64,000 bases of DNA from Octopus sinensis (taxonomy: Eukaryota), in the NCBI RefSeq assembly GCF_006345805.1, contig NC_043008.1, forward strand, positions 8,990,001 to 9,054,000, given 5' to 3'. Shown piece by piece: positions 53,727 to 64,000 of the stretch. A program made the translations under genes and the position numbers. The stretch's first letter is position 1; each line of letters starts with the position of its first letter. The notes under the pieces were generated by a model. That model was not told the DNA's origin. It saw only the letters and a list, made by a program, of their open reading frames with translations, and did not search any database.

Positions 53727-53929
53727 TTGTGTGTCCCCCTAGCATCGCTTGACAACCGATGCTGGTGTGTTTACGTCCCCGTCACTTAGCGGTTCGGCAA
53801 AAGAGACCGATAGAGTAAGTACTGGGCTTACAAAGAATAAGTCCCGGGGTCGATCTGCTCGACTAAAGGCGGTGCTCCAGCATGGCCGCAGTCAAATGAC
53901 TGAAACAAGTAAAAAAACTTAAAGAGAGA
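53517..53929 (+). mobile_element. Full-length SINE family A (duplicate of 52127-52528)
   Basis: Same sequence, inside the second duplication unit. Confidence 0.92.
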
Positions 53930-56900
53930 GGTACGTGTTGGATATTTGATGTTGTGATCATAATGTAAATTACTTTTTATGTAAGAATTGTCTGTGGCGA
54001 GATGGCTGAAAGAAGTGGTTCGAGTCTACCTTGTAATTTGGAGAGGGTTGTATGTGTGGGTTTGTGATATCAAGTGTGAACGTACCAATTTCTTTTAAAG
54101 ACAGGTTGAGGAGGGTGATGCGTCTGCAGTGAGCTATTTGGGATTTTGTTGGATTTTATAACGCTGAGAAGTTTTTTTCAATTTCCAGATCTTGGGGATT
54201 CAATTGTTGGCACGAGTAATTGTGTATGTTGAGGGCAGTGGTTCCTTCAAGACCAAAATCTTTAAGGATTTTGTCAGGTACTGAAAACTTAGACTTTTTC
54301 ATTTCACTATGGAGTTTTTTGTGTATAATACATGAATGGTATCGATCCATTACTAAATAAAAACAGTCAGTATTTTGATTGTACTGGTCATAGCAAGAGA
54401 AATATTTGTATACTAGGAGAAGCCAGTCATGCCAATGTATAGTGGTCACTCGCACAAACAAATCATTTAAAAGACGTTACCTATAACACGCCACGGCTTA
54501 GAAAACATTTCTAGAATTAAAAATGTAAAATTCATCGCTCATTTAGAACTTCTGTTTGCAACAACCACTTGTCACACAATACCTGCTGCATTTCTATAAC
54601 CGTAACAACACAGTCACATGCTAATGAGTAGACACACTCTCACATATCAATAAACAAAATACTTGTTGAAGAGGTGGTTGTGATGGGCCCTAGTGACGTA
54701 GCAAATATTTACTGCAATGCTTACATTTTCCAGTTCTTAGATGTGTGTTTACTGAAGAGGATAAGACGTTTTTTTTTTCTTTTTCTGGTGGCTTATTGGT
54801 GATCGAATTTAATGATGATTATAATCTTTTCCAACACTTGTGGATCCTTTATGACAGCTCAACTCAATTCTTGATCTTCAAACTGGATGTGTCGAGTTAT
54901 ATTACATTAGGAAGATCGAGTAAAAAATAATTTCCTGCTACTTTCAGATCTTCACCGATTTATTAAAAGAATTTACATAAAATTTATCATTCGGGATTAA
55001 TCGTATCTTTTTATTCATATTTGAATTTATTCAGTATTTTCATTTAATCTTTAAAGTTTTCAAACTAACAAAGATCAAATATCTAATTAAAAGATTAAAG
55101 ATATTTAATATAAGATAATATAATGATATTATTTTATTGTCATTTGCACTAGCTTGGCACATACTTTGAAATTTGCTTCATGCAGAACAAAAGTTAAATA
55201 TAGAAGATAAAACTGATAACACATCTAACATAGATGAAAGAGAGGACGAAAGCTTACGCTATATATTCTGAGTACATACAACTGTTTTCATTTATCTGAT
55301 CGTTTATGCGCTCATACAAAATTCTCATATAACCGGAGTAGTAAATGTTTTTAAAATGAGATATCCTTGACGTTATATCCGATGATCTCAATCCTAAACG
55401 CAAAAGATTAAATATTATATCTGAATGATAGTTCGAGTCCCCAGTGATGATATTTAAAGCTAAAAAGCTATAATATGTATAATATGTATAATATATAATA
55501 TGTAGGAGTTGGGGATAACGGAGCACAATTTTCCTAGCAACGAGCACAGGTTTGTTGAGATATTATACAGATCTAAACTGATTTACTTCGTGATTATTAA
55601 TTCAATTCTACAATTCTTTTCATTGAAATTCAAACCGCTTAGTTGTTCTTGAATGGAGCAGCAAATAACAGCTAAATTTGATCGAGTCTATCAAATAAGA
55701 CAGATAAGATAATGAGGTATAGCATTTGATTAGCTGTTGTCGTCGTATTCATGTTTTTCCGATTGCAGAGTAGGTTGTTCTAATATTTAGGAAGGGAAAA
55801 AATGTCTGAGTCAGTGAAAAAACAGCCTGAAACCTTCTCTCATTTCTTTCTTCTTATTCCAACTGCAGTCAGAATAGATGCAGTTGATCTTATTACTTCA
55901 ATAATTGATGTTATTCAGCTCAGTTCTATTTCCCTAAACTTCCAGTTAATTACATTCTGTCTTTAAACGTTACCTCTTTCTTTACCTGCATAATAGATCT
56001 TAAGAGTACATTATTCAATGTTATTCAACGCTTCATTGCTTTTTATGATAGATTCTTTGTAGAACTGTGTTCCTTCCCTAGTCACTAACTTGATTGAATT
56101 ATCTGTAAACATTTAAGAGTGCATTATACAATATACTGTCCCCTTGTTTGAGGCAACGGTGTGTGTCAGTTGGAGGAGATTTGGCTACTATTTCTGGTAT
56201 GTAACGCTGCTCGCAGCACTAATGTTAAAAATATTTAATAAAGGGTTTTAAAATGTGAAAGTTCTCTCGAAAATTCCTGTAAGTGCAAGCAATAAAACCA
56301 CCTTTCGTCTGAACCATTGACATAACATATTCTGTTGACATAACATATTGATGTAGTTTGGAATTTTACAGTAAATCTCAATTTTTATGCTTCTATATAT
56401 TTAAACAGAATTGATATGTAAAAGATGTTAACACTCCCTAAAAATCAGATTGCATTTGTAATGGCTTACCACTATTCTATTTTACACGCTAATGGATGTT
56501 CTAATTGAAATGTTCCACATGGATTTCTTATTTTGTAAAGTTTATCTCTGATCTATATCATTCTGTATTATTCTTTTATATTTAAAATTATTCAATATAA
56601 TTTTATTTCATTTTTTTTTTAATGTTCTGATCTTAATTTACAGATTTCCCACCAATGAAGAGCTGACATTCGAGCCCGAATCATGACACTTTCGTTGAAA
56701 TTTAGGCATCAACGAGGTAGTTATGAATGTACGTATATATTATATCTATGTAAGCCTCGGCAAGCGTAGAGATATAAGTGCATGCCATTACGTGTGTTAA
56801 TACGTATGGTCATGTGAGTACATGACCGTAGATGTTTCTGTATACATAAGCATATGTTTTGTACACACTAAAAGTTAAATTTCTGGAATATCTTTCCGAT

Positions 56901-57849
56901 ATTTTCGTTTACATTGATTCGTATCCATTCTGTTTCCTTTTAATTCGTTTCCTTTCTGTTTCATAAATTCTAACCCCTCAAAAACTAGCTGAATAGTGAG
57001 CGTGAATCAGTTAAATACGTATTCATGTTCCCTTCAAAATCTCAAGTATACATTTAAAGCTGTAGTCTGTGTACATTATCTAAATATTACGCTGTAGATC
57101 GCCATAGATGCTTTCTTAACATCTACTGGACAACTGATTTCTATTACTGCACCCACTTTCTTTCCACTAGCTTATATTATCATCACTACTTTACTGCGCA
57201 TACATTTTACAAAGATTTTGCCTAGAACAACCCGCCAGCATTCTTTCACATTATAAGTTAACTGTTTATATTTTGAATTTCAGAATATCTTTCTTAGAAT
57301 TGCATCATAAAGTGTTTTGGCCACCACATTATGTCTCCTAGTCAGACAATACAGTTCTTATGATGTGGATCATTTCTTCACTATTAATTCCACAGAAGCT
57401 TCACCATTTTCTCAACTAAGTGTTTTATCTGCATTTCTATCGAGTGTATAAAGCTACTTTGTTGTTATTTCCTCTTTCTCTGGATTGTAAAACATATCCT
57501 TCAAAGTGAAACGTAATAAAATGGCAGAAAACAAAAACCATACAAAATACTTAAGTGAATATGGTTACAAAATGGTTAATCAACACACATTCCGCTCGTA
57601 ATAATGAAAGAAATCATTAACGTTAATTCTTACTCTTGTCAAAGGCAAATGAGAAAACAACGAAATCAAAATTGACTAAAATGTCACTGAGGATATTTCG
57701 TGAGGAGTAAATCTATCTTTTGTAAAAGCATCGACAACTTTAGACATAGTTCCGTATTCTTATCTGTGTAATTAAACGACCTCAGTGAAGCCTGATCTTA
57801 AAAGTATTTACCAGATTTTAGAATGGCAGAAATTATACGTTCTAATGAG

Positions 57850-58900
57850 AAGAAAATACATTCTAGTACACTTACCTATTTACTTATAATACCGTCACCT
57901 TGAGACTTTCTGACAATATTGCTAGGCATGACTTTTCGTTGATAATTATAAAGAGTTTCGTCTGAGGTTTTCATGCAGTTCCGCAGTGCAGCTTCCCTGG
58001 GTGTCTAAGCAATGTCATCAACATCAACCAGAATATACTAACTTTCAAGATACTCTCTATCCCAGCTAGATACTTCTTCAATGGACGTATTGTGAAACTT
58101 GGTAGATACTGTCGATTGAATACGATACATTTAAAGATTAGGAAAATTGATAAACCTCTGCTTCTGTGTTTCCGTTTTCAGTCTAAAGAATATTTTCTGA
58201 CGATGCCGTGTGTCTGCAGGCTTTTATCAGCAATAGTCTGGATCTTCTATACTTGTACAATACTGACGTGTAAGCCACGGAATACTGAACGCCAAGTGAT
58301 CCAACGACTGTATTTTCTAGTCCATACGCTTGTGTGTCTCAATATTATATTAATATGATCTGTCTTGCAGCTGTAACTTTAGTACCGAGACGGTTTTCTC
58401 TTAAAGTGTTTCATTTCGAATACGTTTGAAGTTTTTATACTCTGCACTCATCTTGCTCTTGACACACTATTGCGGCTGCTACTGTGGCCACTAATAGCTA
58501 TATGTAGACGCGACGGTTTGTTCACAATCAGAACCGTAAGTAGGCGGCTGTTTTTCTATTTACGGGAATACGTTCTTTGCTTATTGCTTCTACAGTCATG
58601 TCTCTACTGTTCTGATAGTTGAGAATCAAATTATTATTAGTAATCCTCTTCTTGCCTTCAACAAATGATGCTTGCTAGTGTAATTGTTTTGCTGTGAAAT
58701 AATTCAGTTCTGAGTGTTTTAGTCTCAATATATTTTCATTCTAGTCTTATAGCCAGCAGAGAAACACAAGTCGTTATTTAGTTCATAAGTTCAAAGAAAA
58801 TCTACTGAATAATTCCAATTCTGCTCGTCGTATTTATAAAGATTTTACTTTCTTTTTTCCGATGTTGTTGATGTTGTCTTCGTGCCCAACCATGTTGTTT
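57850..58900 (-). mobile_element. Possible highly degraded LINE reverse-transcriptase remnant
   Basis: Minus-strand fragments resemble NYRGI (NYQNSRDMT) and YADDI (VDVDDIA) in the expected order, with many stops. Confidence 0.3.
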
Positions 58901-59654
58901 GTATTAATTCTCTGCATAGTGAATACAGGCTTAGAACAAATTCAAGATATAACAATCTTGAGTAAAAGGTGAGCGTAACCGGAAGAATAAACACTAATTT
59001 CGCAAGTCCGGCAGATTAGCTGTCTCATGTACACTAGGAATGGCGATTATCGAAAATTCAATGAATCTTCTCTATGTATGCACGCTCCTATGTATGAAAG
59101 CATGTATCTACATAATCATGTATGCATATGTGTGTGTGTGTACGTATACGTGTACACATGCATATATGTATATTGTGTGTAGGTGTTCATGTATGTATAT
59201 CACAGTTTCTCTGTTCTTCTTTAATGGGACAAATAAAGATTTTCCATCTTCTCGGTTCTGGTTATTTAATTTGACCAGAATCCCTGTTTAGAATCTGATC
59301 GACGGTAGGTTCCATTGTTTGTCTTGACACTGTCATGTCGCCAATTCCAAACTAAAAACATTGTTCCAAGCATTGAATGGGAGTTCCGCAGGCCGTTGTG
59401 CATAAAACTAATTCCAGTACAAATATCGCTTTATACAATTTTCTTATAAATTACTTATCGGAAAGATAGTCTTTCCAGAAACTAAGTTACATACTGAATT
59501 TTTATTGGTATTTCGTTTACTAATTCACGTTTCGTAGTTCTAGAAAAACGGCGGCTGAAAGAGGCATCTGTCTTAACATTGTCGAAGTAGCAAACGAATT
59601 AGAATACTGAATTCTTTTACAAAATTTACCATGTGTATTTTCAAAATAAACCAT

Positions 59655-60805
59655 GGACGAGAGTGGGCTGATAAGTTCATAGGCTGACTATAAATGAGTA
59701 ATACTAGAGCTGTGAAATCCTGCATGCATTAATTTCAATTCTTCTTGTTCATAACTGCATTGCTTTTTGGGGGTTTTTTGCAGGTAAATTGATAACTGAC
59801 TGTTCAAAGAAGACTCAAAAGTAATTAGTAATGACTTATCTTGAAAATGGACAAAATCTGGCATGGTGGTGTTATCAAATGCCTGCAGGAAAAGTGTATA
59901 GTCCACAAGTCCTCAAGTCCTCAAGTCCTCAAGTCTAGTCCTCATGGTTGTTACACAGAGGGATGACTCCCCAGCTCTATAAACAGTGCAAAAGTGTGAT
60001 GGGGGAGGACTGAATTTAAGAGAATAAGTAGAGTCTTGAAGATTACCAAAGGTTTGAACGTCCTGCAACGGCCACCACCATTGATCGTGTTCACCACATG
60101 GTTATGGATCATAACTTACGGTTCCGATTGTGAACAAACCGTCGCGTCTACATATAGCTATTAGTGGCCACAGTAGCAGGCACAATAGTGCGGCAAGAGC
60201 AAGATGAGTGCAGAGTATAAAAACTTCAAACGTATTCGAAATGAAACCTTGAGAATACTCTGTACAAAGAACTTAGGATGAAGAAGGTTTCTGCACGGTG
60301 GTTGCCACATCTGACACCTGATCAAAAGCGCACCAGCTTGATCACATCACGTTAATATCTGATATTGTTTGAGGCAGATCTAGCTGGTTTCCTTGAGCGT
60401 TTCTTTAATCCATGATGAGAATTGGGTTTATCATTTTGGGCCAGAGGAAAGAGACAACGCATTCAGTGAAAACACTCCTCCTCACCTACTACAAATAATG
60501 CAAAGACCCTTTCATCTGCAAGGGATGTGACGGCCTCAGTGTTTTTTTTCTTTTTGATATAAAAGGCATTGTGTTTTTTGGCCATATACAAAAGTGTCAC
60601 ACCATCATGGAAGAGTATTAAGCCAACTTGCTGAAGCAATTACGAAAGGTTGTCAAGACCAAACACCTATAAAAACTGATGAAAGGGGGTTTGTTTCATG
60701 AAGACAATGCTCCAGCATACAATTACTTCGCTTCAGTTGCTGCTGTGCGTGATTGAGGCTTTGAACTAGTCGCTCACCCACTTTATTCTCTTGTTTTGGC
60801 CTTTT
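59655..60805 (+). mobile_element. Degenerate mariner transposon (pseudo-transposase) with a 134-bp foreign insert
   Basis: Frameshifted motifs MDKIWH.., IDRVHHMVMD, MKKVSARWLPHL (WVPHEL-like), HDENWVYHF, FHEDNAPA and HPLYSLVLA (HPPYSPDLA-like). Confidence 0.88.
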
Positions 60806-61099
60806 ATATACGTGAGTTTACTGTACTTGAAGGTATGTTACGTTTAAGGCAGAGATCACCAATTTGGTTACCCCACTGAGTGGCCAAAACCCAGGCTACG
60901 CCAACGAATTAGAAGTCTGAGATATAGACAAATAAATTCGAATACTACACCACGCTCCGCCGCTTCTTAAACCGAACAAATTGCAGTTGGGAGGTGTTTA
61001 TCACGAGTGAGCGAAACTATTTTGAAGGAGAGAAATCTGATTAAGTTCTACGTAAATCAATAACCATTTCTTTTTTAAATCTTGTTTCTCTTTGGACAG

Positions 61100-61274
61100 A
61101 ACTCGTATAAAATTGATTGCAAACGTGCAAGTTTTAAACTTCATGGCTGCAGTGGTTATATTTGCCCTGAAAGTACGACAAAAACCCAATTATTCATTTG
61201 TACACTTTCAACCAGGAGCAAATGCAATGCACTAAAGTACACACCACAAAGCTCGACTGAAGAGGGAGTCAGAG
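61100..61274 (+). other. Candidate spliced exon (coding status unclear)
   Basis: Strong acceptor ttcttttttaaatcttgtttctctttggacag ending 61099 and donor GAG|GTAAAT. The phase-0 frame is open (5 Cys); the phase-2 frame stops at 61233. Confidence 0.35.
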
Positions 61275-63160
61275 GTAAATGACATATCTATTTTAAACGC
61301 AATTTTCACAAAAGTAAAAAAAAAGAGAAGATCAGTACCCGATCAGATACAGCTCAGTGCTAATATCTACAAACAGAAGACTTAAATCACGCACAAAAAT
61401 ATATACTTAACTGGTAAGATATAAATATAACAGTAAAAATTCAAATTCCGGTAGCAATGTCAACACAAATTACATTTACACAGGTCAGTATAAACACCAA
61501 CCTCATTTTGTCTAAAAGAGGAGACACAGAAGATTTTAGAAACTCCAATAATGTATTTGGAATCTTCACTTTCCAAACTGAGAAGATCTCGCAAGAATGT
61601 ATGAAAAAGTAAGACAATATAAAAAATATAAAGCTACAAAATTGTCTTTTTTTTTCAGTACCCGTTTTCAAAAACCTATTCTGCATACATATAGATGTAA
61701 GGTGTGTTTGTCTGTGTGTATATAAGGACAGATGTATGTACACAAAGCATACACACATACATACACATATGTATATGAGGTCTGTAGAAAAACCAAATTC
61801 TCAAAAAAAGCGTTTATTGTTTTACTCACGATTTAATTTTAATTCGATATGTCTATTCCAGAATAGTCACAGCTGCCAATATTTCTTCCACTTTTAGAAC
61901 GCTTCTTAACGTTTTTATTGCTAGGGTCGCGTTTTATAACGAATTTTTTTTTGGCCAGTTTTACTGTCTGATAAACACAAAGTTTTAGTGTAAAGTCTAA
62001 ATTTGAGGATAAAAAAATTTGCAGGATTTAAATACAGAGTAGACCGAAAAAGGTACCTGATTAACTATGACACAGCGTCAGCAGACAACAGAAAATTTGC
62101 GGCAACACAACCATCTTCAATGGTTTTGGTTAAAATCATATGATGCGAATTGTTATAGCTGCTTACTTATTCGAAAACTAAATTTACCTGAAGTCAGGCG
62201 TCGATTTTCCCTTATTTTCGCTGTCTGATTGTCATTGTAGTTTTGGAAATTTATCTAGATTAATTTCATTTCCTATGGGCATCCTTCTCAATTTGAAACG
62301 CTAGAAATACTCAAGACATTGAGCACTCTTCTACCAAATGTACATCCCCTCAAATATCTCTAGATCTATAAAGTAACTGATGTGATGTATGATGAAACTG
62401 AACGTCACAGCACTGCCCCCGGGGGCATGCTGCGTCGGTTGAATGCCTTTCCATTATAAAAGCTCGTTTTTATTTATTTATCTATTTAATTAATTAATTA
62501 TTTATTTATTTAATTATTTATTTGTCTATTTATTGACAGACCTTGTGAATTACTTTTTCCAGCCGTAACTGAAATAAACACACATCATTTCATCTAAGAG
62601 ATGTTAGTTGGAAAGCTTTAAAATGTTGTTTGACTTAGTAACATAACTGTTCAAAAAACAAAAAAACTACAAACAACTCATATGTATGTAATGAAAGTAT
62701 ACAATTATTAAAAGAAAATTGGTAAAACAAGATACATTTAGCTGCGCCTTCTCTTCGCAAAATCGAGGCGAAACGTTGGAGAAATGGTAACAACCTCTGC
62801 TGCGTCTCATAATAAGGTTACAGTGAAATATTAAGTCAGGTGTAAGAGACAGACATGAATGACATCTCTTCAACAGATATGATGACGAGTGATGGCTGGG
62901 CTAGCTCACTACTTTCATTCGTCTTCTTATCCTTTTCATTGATCAGATCTGATAATATCTTGAAGAAACCTATTTGTCACAGCTAAAGAAAGACATGAAC
63001 AGGTCTGTTCTCAAATGTGGATCACACATTGGTCGATATCACTGGTTCTCAACTGGGGTCCATGTGACCTTTGAGGGTTTATATAAAATGTTATTGCTAT
63101 AGATTATGTGCAATAAATTGGTTATGCTTCTACAGTGCACAAAATATTTTAACAATTTTT

Positions 63161-63531
63161 TGAGTGGCTGTGTGGTAAGTAGCTTGCTTACCAACCACAT
63201 GGTTCCGAGTTCAGTCCCACTGCGTGGGACCTTAAGCAAATGTCTTCTACTGTAGCCTCGGGCCGACCAGAGCTTTGTGAGTGGATTTAGTAGACGGAAA
63301 CTGGTGTGTGTATGTATGTTTGTGTGTCTGTGTTTGTCCACCCAACATCGCTTGACAACCGATTGTGGTGTGTTTACGTGGCCGTTACTTAGCCGTTCGG
63401 TAAAAGAGACCGATAGCATAAGTACTAGGCTTACAAAAAATAAGTCCTGGGGTCGATTTGCTCGACTAAAGGCGATGCTCCAGCATGGCCATAGTCAAAT
63501 GACTGAAACAAATAAAAGAGTAAAAAGAGTA
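63161..63531 (+). mobile_element. SINE family A
   Basis: GAGTGGCTGTGTGGTAAG head through GACTGAAACAAATAAAAGAGTAAAAAGAG tail. Confidence 0.9.
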
Positions 63532-64000
63532 ATTCCTAACAGTATTTAATTCTAAAAATATAACACTGTGCAAGAACTTTTTTTTCTTCTTTGGTCAGTA
63601 AGTATTATTTCCTATTTGCTTCTATCAAGAAACCAAAGAAAATCACGAATATACCCTACAAACTTTCCTTTTGTGACTTGGACCGCAAGTCACATTTCAG
63701 ACAGATTCAGCGCTAAGCTGCGGAAGCAGAAATATTGTTATAGCAAATATTCTGCCGAATACCATAGATTTGCTTGTGAGTTGCGTGACTTTAACCACTT
63801 GAGCATATCCCTTAATGACTGACAATATATGTATCCCTGATCATAAGCAGGAGGAATGAGGGAGTATCATGGCCATGTGTTGAGAGGGATTATTTGGGGT
63901 TGAAATAAATGTAACGGAAGCAAAGTTTTATGAAAATATTAGCAAACAAGGAATAACAGTTGCAACCCAAGGACAAAAGTTGTTTTACAAAATGTAATAG

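Larger units (their letters stand above)
51996..54778. repeat. Near-identical ~1.4-kb tandem duplication (51996-53365 / 53366-54778)
   Basis: Both units contain a full SINE A and the same 101-aa minus-strand ORF. Junctions fall in poly-T tracts. Confidence 0.95.

Noticed and set aside
56648-56690. Hammerhead-like CCAATGA-AGAGCT...AGCCC-GAAT
   Set aside because: Both catalytic boxes are mutated; at most a decayed relic.
61775-62400. Possible third mariner remnant on the minus strand (KWKKYW...DY-like fragment)
   Set aside because: Too degraded to define termini or motifs with confidence.
62874-62960. C/D-box snoRNA-like ATGATGA...CTGA with AGATAT/ATATCT flanks
   Set aside because: Terminal stem geometry is non-canonical and no rRNA/snRNA antisense element was recognised.

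Overview
AT-rich, repeat-dense eukaryotic DNA, very probably an Octopus (coleoid cephalopod) genome; this is judged from recalled octopus tRNA-derived SINE families and the very high microsatellite load, with no database search run. No complete protein-coding gene is recognisable, and nearly all listed ORFs are microsatellite or minisatellite translation artefacts. The window holds a ~3.55 kb 21-bp minisatellite, many SINE copies, two clear mariner remnants, two Penelope-like (GIY-YIG) remnants, an RTE LINE 3' end, non-autonomous Helitrons, several local direct and inverted duplications, and a few low-confidence candidate exons. The most notable signals are structured RNAs: an HDV-like ribozyme fold lacking P4 (37847-37921), an intact-core minimal hammerhead (22177-22246) plus degenerate hammerheads, and a pre-miRNA-like hairpin in unique sequence (14384-14470). 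The minisatellite also carries a splice-donor-like site in most units, in phase with a downstream candidate exon. All were found by eye and are untested.
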